A DNA stretch of 63,786 nucleotides, filler included, from Basidioascus undulatus (Eukaryota): the NCBI GenBank assembly GCA_000826855.1. It is 6 parts of 6 records of this genome, joined end to end, with 100 filler letters (N's around TTAATTAATTAA, not from the genome) between each part and the next. Parts side by side here need not be neighbours in the genome. Positions count along the whole stretch, not along the records: positions 31,397 to 54,952 come from JTLS01000262.1; positions 55,053 to 57,897 come from JTLS01002620.1; positions 57,998 to 60,842 come from JTLS01002621.1; 3 more parts are not named here. The stretch is one strand, 5' to 3'. The position numbers and the translations under genes were made by a program. Positions 48,818-60,942 of this stretch are shown here, in pieces. The notes beneath the pieces were generated by a model that was not told where the DNA came from, ran no database searches, and saw only the letters and a list, made by a program, of their open reading frames with translations. The number at the start of each line of letters is the position of its first letter. Position 1 is the first letter of the stretch.

Positions 48818-50417
48818 TTCTTGACGTGGAGACGGCGGGCTGCTCTTCTCGGAGGAAGGGGAGCTTCTGCAAAACCGCGTGAAGCGGCGAGGGCATCGCC
48901 GATACCCTTTCGGCTTTAAAGCTTTCTCGCCTTTGCCTTTGCTCTTTTCGCTCGCTGTTTCGCAGTTCGCTTTCATTTTATTTTGATAATATTGAGGAAA
49001 TACCATGCGTCTGATGTCGTTTGATGAAGTAGAATTGGGAGATTGGAGGAGTACAAGTCCTTGTGACTGACATTCCCCTGAGTCCGTGCTTGTCCGCGGA
49101 TGCACGGAGCCTACCCTGAACATCCGCAAGTGCTCAAAATTTGAGCGTCTTCCTTTCTCTCTTTCCCCATCTTACATCTCCAGCGCCGCATATACCAAGC
49201 CGTCGTCGACATGCACAAGGTCGAGGGTTAATTGGACCGGCGCGAGAGCCATATCGGGATCATAATGTAGGCCGGCCTATGCCCACGTCGGTGTACTTCG
49301 CGTCCACGAGACATTCCAGTCCATGTACCACCTTGAATATGCATGTTTCTTTCCGGAACGAACCTGAGTTCACTGTGTGCTCGACGAAAGAGTCATTCTC
49401 AGGCCATGCCTGACCAGATGCCGCTTGAACCTGAGCGTCACACTTGGCAGCATTGACCGTGTGTTAGTTGGCTGCAGGCAAGATCTACTCCGAGTCCGTC
49501 ACCCAGGGTTTTGAGAAATCACCGTGAAGGGATCTACATTTGATCTACAAGCACCTGCGTAAGCGGGGTGCATCACACTCGCAGGGGTCGAGTCCGGAGT
49601 ACTACAGGCGGCGGCGAGGCAGTAGGTACTGTTGTGATCCTGGCAGCACCACTATTCCATGGTTCGCATTGGGTCCTGCTGTTGGACAACAAGTGCTGAT
49701 GGAAGAGCACATAAACGGATCAGGCAGTGTCCTCAGCTAATAGGCATGCGACGCAAGGGATGGCTGTGTGGCCCGAGCGCCGCAATGCAAATTGTCAACA
49801 GGCGTAGTTCGCCAGAGCAGTCAACATCTCCGCAATGTGACCTAACGTAGTCTCCATTCGCCAGAATGGCTGTTCTTAGTATACAAAGGGAGTCGGGCTA
49901 TTGGACCAGCGAGTACAACGTTCTCGTCATCAATCAAAGCCATGAAAGAGTGCGTGGGCATCGGCACAATACTCGGACGAGTCGGGAGCAGAAGAGGCTG
50001 GGTGAGCGCGGAGATGCCGAAGGTGATTGAGCCAAAGAGCACTTTGAAAGGGGTGCGATGAGCTCCAAAAAGAACAAATGCAAGGCATCGAGACGGTGGG
50101 TCCCCTGGTCTGAACCGCGAGGCAGTCGGGTGAAATGATGGGGGTGAGTGCATCTATCGAAAGAATGGGGACGGGTGCGGCTTTGGTTCAATAGCCCGTT
50201 GAGGGCAAGCAATATGTCAGTTCGAGAACTACGATGCTGGCGAGGTTGATCGAAGTGGTTGATGACAGTCAAACCGGAATACTTCGTTTCGCCTGCTCCT
50301 CGGCAGTGGCACCCAGGCACACCCCAATGCCTCCCCGTGGGTTCATATTACCAACACGCCAAAGCGAGAGGTTCCTCTCATCGTTTCGCCAAGTGTCCCA
50401 TGTACAACACCCTCCCC

Positions 50418-51212
50418 TCAAGCGCTTTGACGGTAGGGAGAAGTGACGCCGGTCGCCTTCTCCTTCTCGAGCTTGAGGTAGAACTCGTCGCGGTGGCGGA
50501 CTGCGAGAGGAGAGGGCTAGTCAGCGTGCTGAGTAGACATTGACGCATCGCAAGGCAGCGCAATCGATAGAGGTTGGCACAGCCTCTGATGGCTTCCCGA
50601 GACCGCAAGCCTTCCAGCCCCTCGCCTCTTGGACGTCCTCTATACGCAAAGATCACGACACAGACTCACTGCTGGGGATATGTATACCGTACCTGAAGGT
50701 AGAAAATGCAAAATGGTTCAGCAAATGGTCGAAGATGTGAGGGAACTGTGCCGTGTGATCAGATAAGGGCAGCGTTGGCAAGGCTGGTCACAGTCCTCGC
50801 GCCACCGGCCTGAAATATCGTGCCAAAGCAGAGTGTAATGTAATCTTTGAATCCATGTAAAGTGGAAGCATCCTCTATGTCTGGCAGCATCGTCACAGTC
50901 TCGTGCGTAGACTGCAAGGAGGGAATGCTGCAGCCCTTCCTTCGCAACTTCCGCTGACTCCAAGCTTTCACGCTCAAACAGACAGGAGAATATTACTCAC
51001 CAGTACCCATATCCAGCTGCCGTTCCAAGGCCGAGGGACAGCGAGAGGTCAAGGATAAGACGCTTGCGGTACTTGCCGGTGATACTGCTCCCAGCCCAGA
51101 CAACCCGCAGCCAGAACCCGTCAGCAGCTGACTTGCTTCTCAGCGCAACTGCATAGGCGCAGGACACTATGCAAATGCTCAAGACGTACGGGGCGATCTT
51201 GCCAACGACCAT
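50418..51212 (-). CDS. COX9: Cytochrome c oxidase subunit Cox9 (VIIa), 4 small exons (51212-51190, 51084-51001, 50692-50670, 50500-50418)
   Basis: Spliced product MVVGKIAPITGKYRKRLILDLSLSLGLGTAAGYGYWYGIHIPSIRHRDEFYLKLEKEKATGVTSPYRQSA* matches the fungal Cox9 pattern IAPITG..R..L..DL....G.G......W......RD.FY.KLE. All introns are GT-AG. Confidence 0.9.
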
Positions 51213-53974
51213 GGCTGGCAGAGTGCGAGGGATGATGGCGGGAGTGAGGTGGACGGTTAGAAGCCGGACCTCTTACAAGCTCACCGTTTCGCTCACAGTG
51301 ACTTCGGGCGTCTTCCGGCTTTCCTGCCTCTTCGGACCAGCAGTATCCAGCATGAAAGACGAGCTACCTCGAAATAAATTGTGATAGTGCTTCTTTGGAT
51401 CTAAAGTTGATTTATTGTACGAGTAAGGGAGGTCCAAGGGCTTGAAGCACAGGATAGGTTGCTATTTGGCGTTTCCGCGAAGGGAAGCACACCCGCTGCA
51501 AAAGGTCGGTCCTACTTAGGTGCCTTGATAGCAGATGCAGCGCAAGCTTCAGCGATACCCGGGCAACAGTGACATGAGGTCGATTTCAATTGGTAAGTTT
51601 GTCGAGATTATGTTGTGTTGAGCCTTTCAGGAATAGTCATGTCTTTAAGCGGTGGGACTGTCACACTGTTCAGCACAAACGAGCACAAACGAGCTTCGCA
51701 GACTAGCCACAAACATGTAGACGCCACGTTAATCCAGCCCAGGGAATGATTTAAGAAAGAAAGGTAACACCAACATCCGTAAGTCCTTCATAAGTCCGCC
51801 ACGCTTGGATTGCGATACACCCTCACCGCTAATCTTGGCCAGCGATTAGTGCTTCCACCTGCCCTGCAAGCGCAACATTCCTGGACGTAGATGTCTGTAT
51901 GTCTGTAAGTACTGCCAAGCCCATGACAAGCCCCACGAATTGGACATGGGCAGACACGGACGGAGATACTAACTTTTACCTCGTCCACTCAAGCCTCACG
52001 GCAAGAAGCGCCAGCCCCGGGGGGGGCATTTGCCTGCACCTCGCATTTAACGCTTCCTCCAGTTAGACAAAGGCGGCGATAGAGGAGAAATAATCTCCTG
52101 TCCTGAGAGGTGCCTTGCTTTTCCTCGGTTATACAGAACCCGTCCCGGGGGCCTCGAGGGTGTCGGCGTTTCACATCTTGGCTCACACCCTGTCCCATCG
52201 ACGAGCCATTCAGCACCAGCACTTCTTTGAGTCTGCCCACCGCTTTCGACCCTCCAGCAAGGGGGTCCATAAGGTTCCGTGGCTGAAATACAATGGAAAT
52301 GCAGTATACGGATCCCTTGTCCCGTTCGCATCTCACGCGGGTACGGTCTTGTGCCACCGGAAACAGGTTAACCACAGCCGCCTCGTATCAGCATGCCCGG
52401 AATTGAAACCTTTAACATCAGCTGGATGTCACAGTACCCATGTTCCCCAACCTAGACCTTAACAAGCTTGTTCAGGGATTTGTAAAGCTCTGCGTACAAG
52501 CGCAAGCAATATGAGGATCGCACTAAGGCTTCTTTCGGCCATATTGGCGCAACCTTACTCACCATATCTTTCTCCAACCTCCACTTTGGATACTTCGCCA
52601 GGCTGAGATTTTCCTCAAGATGGCTGCGGGCCCACATTCCACCTTGTAAATCTTGACCGCCATGTGCACGAAGGATGGCCGTGGATCCCTGTCGGACTCC
52701 ATGTCCTGGGAGGATTTTAAGAAAACGAAAAGTATGAAGAACATTGGCTGCATTAGAGAATCACGGATGGGAGTGAATAGCACGATGTCTGGTTGGCAAC
52801 AACGAGAGTCGACACGTACCACAATGTGCGCTGCAGTTGTCATGCAGGTTTGACCATTCACATCAGCAGACTGCTGAGGTAGTCCAAAAGCTCCGCAGCG
52901 TCCCCAAACTTTTCTTTACAGCGAGAAATGAACTAACCTTCATGGTTATGTAGCCTGCTGGCCGTGGAGACTGTTGCATTATTATTGGCCGTCCACTGCC
53001 CGTGGTTGCACTCCTGCTCGGGTGTCCCGGACGATCCGCTTCTCTGAGAAAGTTCCTTATAAACCTACTCTTCTCCAAAAAGGATATTCTGATAGGAACC
53101 GACAAGCGCTCACAAGACCACATCGCTGACCGCTGCGAATCTTCAGAAGGTCGAGGCTGTTTCCAAGCTTCACGACAGCAGGCTTTGTATCAACAGGAAA
53201 CAGCCAACATCAAACACAACCACAGAAGGTGTTTCTACCATCCACGGCCTGTACCTGCACCTCAAGTCCGTAAATCACCGTGCTTTGCATGAAAATTTTC
53301 TCAATTCAACGTGCAAAACGACGCAGGCCTGGATCATTTACACGTGATAGTTCTGTGGCGCAGTGGACAATGAAGTGACATCACCTTGGGATCGCAGCGC
53401 CAGTCTGCTTTGTTGCCGGGTAACTCCAACACATCCCGAATGCGCAGAGTTCGTGTCCACATACATCCGCTGCTTGGCCCGAATTTTCAACCAGACGTGC
53501 ACGCGGTAGGACAGGGAGCGATAGGACGATCAGCGAGGTCGCTGATGGCGAACTTGCGGTGTGCGTCTTCCACCTTCTTATCGTCGACTACGTACTCTCG
53601 ATTGCCTGCCATTGCCGGGTTCACTTGGGTCCACCGAGCGCCGTCCACTACTTTGGCATTTGCAAGTGCCGATCTATGAGCTCATGCGCCCCCGGGTCTG
53701 GCGCCCCCTCTCGCTCCCCTCACTCCATCTGGTGCCCCACCCGTCACCCACGCACCAACCTGAATCCACAGCTCCAGTCGCCAACATCTCTCAGAGACTT
53801 TCGTCAGTGCAGCTGCAACTTGCCTTCTTTCCCTCATCACACCCGTGCTTCCTTCCCATCCACCTATTACCCCCAAGCCATCAATCCTACCCGAGCTTGG
53901 ACATCACCGTCGCCTCATACCACACCCAGGCACCTACCGAACGCATACTTCCCCTACTTGATCTAACGATAGCC

Positions 53975-54952
53975 ATGTCCGACAAGACGCACCCCTCCGC
54001 TCAGCCCCCGAGCAAGGTCGCCCTCCGCCTCGGTAACCTCCCGCCCCGGAACAAGTCCTTCGTCGGCAACGTGCGTCTTCTTATTGCTCCCTTCTTCCCG
54101 ACGTGGGCGGGTACGTTGTGCTGATCCCGCTCTCTTGGTTCCCCGGAGCAGTTCCCTCGCACTCCCTCCCAAGTTAACCCCGAGAACCCGCCGTGGCCTG
54201 CCTTCCGGTGCGCTCCCATCTTCTCCGTCCGCCTACGTAGAGATTGATACTCACCTGGGATGTGTTGGTTTCTAAAGCGGGTACCACGAGTACTCCTTCG
54301 CTGTGCGTTGGCCGACTTCTCTTCTGTGCTGGGACTGACAAGCGCTCGTGTGCCACGAAATAGTATGATGTTATGGGCCGTCGCCTTCCGACAATCTTGG
54401 GCAAGGCGATCGACGACGTCGTGCTCACGCTCAACGAGCAGCACGACGAGGACCGGATGGTCGACCTCGTCCAGTGCATTGACAAGTGCGTGCTTCCACG
54501 GTCTGTTGATTGCACCTACGAGATCTGGCTGAGGCGGGAGGTTTGGGTCGGGAACACAGGATGGACGAGCTCATGGACGACCTTACGAACAACCGGACTC
54601 TCACGCCCATCCCGGACGATGGCGAGGGCGACATCCCGCTCTGGAACAAGGTAAGTCTGGCGTTACTCGTGCCCAGGGTGGGGTGCTGACCTTTCCTTCC
54701 CTGCTCCTGCTCTGACAGGAAATTGCCAAGTACTTCCGCGAGAAGGACTTCCTTTCTGCCCCCTGGCTCTTTGCCGAGGCGTACAAGTACAGGCGGTGCG
54801 TCTTTTTTCCCTTGTCCGCCCACAAAAACCCCTTCAAAGTGCTGACAACACGTCCCACACACTACAGGTTGCACTCCTGCTTCTCGCAGTCCAAGTTCTG
54901 GAAGGACTACGACGTCTTCTTCCGCCAGAAGGTGCGCTTCCCCCCCCCCCCC
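53975..54952 (+). CDS. DUF89/ARMT1-family damage-control phosphatase (YMR027W-like), 3' truncated by gap
   Basis: SFAYDVMGRRLPTILGKAIDDV, PIPDDGEGDIPLWN, APWLFAEAYKYRRL and YDVFFRQK. Confidence 0.88.
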
Positions 54953-55052
54953 NNNNNNNNNNNNNNNNNNNNNNNNNNNNNNNNNNNNNNNNNNNNTTAA
55001 TTAATTAANNNNNNNNNNNNNNNNNNNNNNNNNNNNNNNNNNNNNNNNNNNN
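54953..55052. other. Artificial contig linker
   Basis: N44-TTAATTAATTAA-N44. Confidence 0.98.
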
Positions 55053-55058
55053 GTTTGA

Positions 55059-57433
55059 CTACCTGAAATGACAGATTTCCCTCCTATACCGCATTACTTT
55101 ATTTTGTTGATAGTAATCCAGTGAACTGGGGCCCGGTGCGGCAGGCGGGACGCCGAGCTTCGGCGGCGCGTGCTGCTGCCGCTCGACGGCCTTAGCCTTC
55201 GCCGCGGCCGCGAGGAGGTTGACGCACTCGACGTGGCTGTTCCACGCGGCGTAAAAGAGCGCCGTCTTGCCGAACTCGTCGAGCGCGTCCGGGTCGCAGC
55301 CCGCCTCGAGTAGCACGCTCACGCACTTGACGTTCCCTGCCTCGGCAGCATGGAACAGCGGCGTCCACACGTTGTACTTGTCCGGCACGTCTGCGCCGCC
55401 GCGCGTCCGCCCGCCTTCCGCAATGAGAAGCCGGCACATGTCCGCGTGCCCTGCGCGCGCGGCGATGTGCATCGGGTACAGGCCCTCCGCGTTCGGGCCG
55501 ACTGTAGCACCCCGCCGGAGGAGCACGCGCGCGATCGCGCAGTGCCCGTGCTGCGCTGCAAGGGAGAGCGGGTGGAGATTCGACCCCTCAGCAGGGTCGA
55601 CCGACACGCCCCGGTCCACGAGAAGCGCGAGGCACGCGTCATGCCCGTTCACGACGGCGTAGAGGAGCGGGGTGTACCCGTCGAGGTCGACCGCGCTCGG
55701 GCTCGTCGCGTTGAGGCCGACGAGATGCGCGAGGACGTTGGCGTGCCCGTTCAAGCTCGCGTAGTGCAGCGCGTGCCGACCGTAGACGTCCGTCGAGGAC
55801 GGGTCGACTCCGTTCTCGAGCGCGAGGCGGACGAGCTCGAGCGCGCCCGCGATCGCCGCCTCGTGCAGCGTCGTGCGGTCGTTGATGTCGTCCACGAACT
55901 TCCAGTCGAGAGGCACGAGACGAAGGATGAGCGCTGCGAGGTCGGGTGTCGGGGCGGTGAGGATCGCGCGCCAGAGGATGCGCGAAACGTCGTCGTCTGG
56001 CCGGGTGGAGGACGCGACGACGCGGAGGGCGTCCTCGACTGCGGCGGCGGAGGAGGAGGAGAGCGCCTTGGACAGATTCGACTCCAGGTCCGAGAGCACG
56101 TCGAGGTCGTGCGCTGACAGCGCAAAGTCCAGGCGGCGTGTCGCAGCGGCGATATCCGGATCGGTCGGGGGAGGCGCGGCGGGAGGAGCTGAGGCAAGCT
56201 CCTCGTCTTCCGGCAGATCGGACGCGGACGTCTCGAGCTCGAGCAGGTTTGCAGCGACCACGTCCGAGAGCTCGGCCATGACCTTTAGGAACTTGTGAGA
56301 CCGCCTTCAAACGGAAGGAGAGGAGGGTAGATATGCGCACCTCGCGGTTGAAGCAAGGCTGAACCTCGACCTGCCTTGCCAGATACAGCTCCTTCGTATT
56401 GCTCTTGCTTCGCTTATCCCACTTTTTCAGAATCTTTCGGAACCCAGTAGCATTGATCTCGATGAATTGCTATCGGAGTCCCACCATCCTCAGTTAGTAT
56501 GCTCCGCACATTCATACCAGCTGCGTACTCAGGAAAAAACCGCACCTGCAAGGAAGCGAGCTGGCGCTCGAGGTACGCGAATCCCTCCCGGAGGGCAAGG
56601 TAGCTACTGCTGCCCTTCACGAGCCGCCCGGCGCTCCGGGAAGCGAGGACCTTCCGCTTGTCGATAAGGCTCTTCAAGCGGACCTTGAGGTCCGCTTCTT
56701 TGCTGAGGTAAAACGCATTGATCTGCAATCCCTCTCATTTCATAAGCACACGATCATCTCCCTTGCGGCAGAAAGCACGCAACCAACACACCTTCTCCAG
56801 CTCCCGCTCAAGCTTGAAGAAGAACGCGGCGCGGTGCGCCTGCAGCGCAGCAGCATTGTCGCCGTTGAGGCTTGGCGTAGGCGGGGGAAGAGGGAAGAAG
56901 GGCGACGCGGGAGGAAGGGGCCCGCTCGGGTGCTCGTCGGGTCGGATTCCGAGGGAGAGGATCGCGGCGTCTGCGGGACGGCCTTTGGCGAGGGAGTTGA
57001 TGATCTGTGAGGCCGAAGGGCGTCAGTACGTTGTATACAAGGCAGTCATGAGGGTGGTTCGGGATAGTTTGTAGACGGCCATTCCCCTCAGACCGGATGC
57101 GCTGCGCTGTTTCTCATCATATCCAGAACCACCGCGCCTTCTCAAGACCCCGGATGCTCCACCACATTCCATCCTAGAGCATAGCACTCTCCCCCATCTC
57201 TCCAGCGCGGACACCCAGCCACCATCTCCACCAGCCCAGCGTCTTCTCTGCAGCTTCTCTGTGCTCACCTTCTTCAGAAACTTGTAGTCGAGATAAAACT
57301 GCGACCACCCCGGCACCTGGTTCGACTGGATCTGTTTTCCGAACTGTTGCGCGCCGCCAAAACATCCCTCCAGACATCAGCACTCGCGTTCTTCCCCTTC
57401 GCGTCCCGGTCTTCTCTCAAGACGCACCTTCAT
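55059..57433 (-). CDS. PHO81: SPX + ankyrin-repeat CDK inhibitor Pho81/Nuc-2, probably 3' truncated
   Basis: MK/FGKQIQSNQVPGWSQFYLDYKFLKK, FFFKLERELEKINAFY and INATGFRKILKKWDKRSKS (SPX), followed by ankyrin repeats (TLHEAA, ALHYAS, TPLLYA, TPLFHAA). Confidence 0.93.
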
Positions 57434-57897
57434 CGTGCGACTACGGCGCTCGCGAGGTCTCACGCGTCTCGCTCCAGAAGATGGCGGCGCACGACAAGAG
57501 CGCGCAAAGGCTCAAGGGGGAGATGGAGGTCGAGTCCAAAAGTAGGCTGAATTGGCTGGTGGTGCTCCTCGCTGGTGATAATCCGCAAACTGCAGCGTGA
57601 GGGGCGGGGATGACCCGGCGGTGGGGCTGGCGGTGTTCCAGGGTAAGCTGTAGAATAGCCTGTGTGGACTCGTGCGGGGCGTCAAGCCGAGGGAGGATCG
57701 GAGAAAACAGGGCGGGCGAGGGCCGGGAGGTTACTGGTTTGGGCAAGGCATCGTGCGAAGTCAAGTTCATTGGCCTGCTTCAGACACGTGCATGCCAACT
57801 TCCATCCAGAAATCGCCCTCTTGACGCTTGACACCCCTGCATACTCGCCTCTCATTCTTCTTCCCCCCCCCCCCTTCGCCTAGCCCGCACCGGCACG

Positions 57898-57997
57898 NNN
57901 NNNNNNNNNNNNNNNNNNNNNNNNNNNNNNNNNNNNNNNNNTTAATTAATTAANNNNNNNNNNNNNNNNNNNNNNNNNNNNNNNNNNNNNNNNNNNN
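57898..57997. other. Artificial contig linker
   Basis: N44-TTAATTAATTAA-N44. Confidence 0.98.
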
Positions 57998-58251
57998 CCC
58001 GTCGAGCCCATCCCCACCCCCGCCCCCGCCGCCGCTCCGTCGCATCGAAGCATATCGCATTCGAATTCGACGACTTGGACGACGACTCTTCCCTCTGCAG
58101 CGACTCTGCGTCCGTCTACAGTCAAGACTCGGGCTGCTCTGCGTTCGAGTACGAGGACTCGCCCGCGTCCGCGGCCGACGCCTACGCGGACATCGATCCG
58201 TTCTCGATGTACTACACGCGTTGCCCCGCGCACCTCAAGGGCAACCTGTAG
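57998..58251 (+). CDS. Possible C-terminal fragment of a hypothetical protein
   Basis: GC-rich, C-ending codons in the frame ...HIAFEFDDLDDDSSLCSDSASVYSQDS...HLKGNL*, followed by T-rich 3'-UTR-like sequence. Confidence 0.35.
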
Positions 58252-60842
58252 TATGACTACCCGCCATCCCGCTTCTCCGACTCGATGCTCGACCTCCCCC
58301 TCACCGCGCGCCCGTCGCCGAGCAAGCTTCGCCGCTTCCTCACGCGCTCTCCGTCCCCGACCTTGAAGGCAAAGGGACCCCTCACCCCGCCCCCGTCGCC
58401 GACTCGACTGTTGGCGAAGCTGCGCCAGAAGGTTTCTCTGCTTTAACTTCTGATCACTTGGGTCTTTTCTCGGGTCTTTCTCTTCGATTTCTTTTCTCGG
58501 GTGTTTCCCTTCGATTCGGATCTGTTGTACTATCTTTATTTTGCATCGGTTGCTGGATACCAAGAGCTTTCTTATTGAATATGCTTCGGACAGGAATTGT
58601 GCCTCATCTTTTTGAACAGTCCCATGCTCAAAACCAGCGTCTGGTGTGTTCTGTGCACGGTATTTGCGACCAGTCAGGGTCTTTAACCGACTATCCCATC
58701 CTGTAGTCCCCTGGAAGTATCGATTTAGATTTGCAAAACCGCATCCAGGAACCATGCCGAAGATCGAAGTCTATCGAGGCCTCTCCCCCATGAACGAACA
58801 ATCCGTGGCGTGCACGCGAAAGGCCAGCAACTGAGCTTCCCCAGCGGCGTGAGAAGTATTCAAGGAAATAGCCATAGCATGTTTTTCCAGCTCATAATGA
58901 AGTATCACGGCCATCTGAAACTCGCATCGCAACTGATTCGTCTTCCCAGTAGCCTTGGTTGAACGGAACATCAATTTGTTTGTCGAAATACCTAAAAGCA
59001 TTCCTCAAAACCCGAGGTGCTTTCGCATCTACTGGCCAGAAATCTGCCCGTTCCACTCGACGAGCAACGGGGCTTCGGCCCTGAAACACCATGTGGGAAA
59101 GCAGTGGGGCAGTTAAAGTCTTCCGCTGCCGCGTTACAGAACCGACGGGGACGGCTCCGAGGAGCAGTCTACACCGTGTGACTCCTCTTCGCACAAAATC
59201 TTTCCCAGAAGGAGACACTGCTCTTTGACCCTCAACTCTCCGTCGGGCAGCGACTCTGAGCGAACAGGCCCATGTCAGATCTGAAGGATCAGGCAGAAAA
59301 TGGCGGGGTCCGCATACTGATCCTCGGTCCGTGACGGTTGACCCTTCTCCTGCTCCTCGCATATCAGCGAGGCTCACGTTACCTTGTTATCCCGGTGCAG
59401 GACAATCGGGTTCGGGAAAGTTGACCTCTCTTGCACTTTTTTGAGTTCGGATGCTTTTCCGCTCAGGTCATAGACGCAACCGCAGTCAACCCTCGGTGCA
59501 AGGCTTTCGGGCATGTTCGACGTTCCCTTCATCGAGCTCCACGCAATGCGGTGGAGCGACGGTTGGGTCAAGAGCTCGGACTAGGTCTTCTATGACCGTC
59601 TCGTACAAGCTATGGCCGTTGCCGGTCATGGCCGGGAACTACATTCGCTCTACCCGCAGCGTCACCTGGCCGATGGCGACACAAATCTGTATTTCATCTC
59701 CTGATTAGACGGTCCACGCTCCAGTCTGAATGACCTCACTCTCTCAGTTCTCGACTTGCCCCGGATCCTCTTGTTCTGACGCGTCTTGCAGCGGACGTTG
59801 CGATCGTGGTGGATGCAGGAAAGGCTGTGGGGATCAAAAGCACCCAGACATTGGCGGAGATTTACCCCAGCAATGGAGTTCTATGGCAGTGTTTCACACG
59901 GCACGGGATGATCGTGGACCGCATCAACAGAGCTACGTGGAAGACGGAGACGCATTGGAGGTGCTGCGGTTCACGAGCCCGAGGACTGCGAGAAGTGGAT
60001 GGAGCTGCTGCCGAAGCACACATAGCATGAACACTTTTTCTTGAACTCGAGGGGCTTTCGCCTTTCCACGACTAGCATCGAAGTCCCGCGCAGTAAAGAC
60101 AGCTTTCGCAGCCTGGCAATGCACTCAATCAGGTGGTGCCAACGGCTATGCATGCTCAACAGCTTGGCAGATTACCTGAGCTCAGAAGTATGACTGAATG
60201 CACCTTCACTGCTTCAGCTCACCGCCATCACTTGCGCATTCAAGCGAGTGCACGTTCGAAGTGCAGAGTTCAACAGATGCTCACGTGCGTGTACGCCCGT
60301 TACCACCCGCTGCTGATTTGGCACGAGCTGAGGTATCGTTCCTCCTCGACTTGAAGCAATCTTGAGCAACGATACTGTCCGGTAGCCCCCATGAAAACAC
60401 CAACGATTATATTCCGGCAAAGAAATGTGAGAAATACATGGAGTGTACCATGTCGTACTGCATAAAGTGTGTGCTGCCCGCAGAGTCGAGCGACTGCAAG
60501 GTTCCCTACCACGGGACTCTTTGCGTGTAAGATGAATTTTTCAATCGCAACAGCCATGGCTGATGCGGGTTTCATCTGATCAATGTCTCGTCCAAGTCGT
60601 GAAGAGGTCTACAAGCAAAGTGGATCAACCGAGTGCAAAAGAAGAGAGCGCACTGCGCAGGCTGGATGCATCGTGCTTTTAGGTGCGGTAGAATATATGT
60701 GTAGGTAGGTGATATGAAGGAAAATGCTATCTAATCCATCGGGGCTCAAGACCAGCGGGGCGCGTTGAGGATGATGCCGAGCAAGCAGCCCGAGATCGTG
60801 CCCGCAATGGGGAGAGTGAGGCACCAGCTGTGTTGGGGGAAT

Positions 60843-60942
60843 NNNNNNNNNNNNNNNNNNNNNNNNNNNNNNNNNNNNNNNNNNNNTTAATTAATTAANN
60901 NNNNNNNNNNNNNNNNNNNNNNNNNNNNNNNNNNNNNNNNNN
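60843..60942. other. Artificial contig linker
   Basis: N44-TTAATTAATTAA-N44. Confidence 0.98.

Noticed and set aside
28349..60942. Recurrent TTAATTAATTAA palindrome flanked by Ns (5 copies)
   Set aside because: Identical 100-nt synthetic spacers with stops in six frames. This is a concatenation artefact, not a biological repeat, and several contig ends fall at poly-G/C runs.
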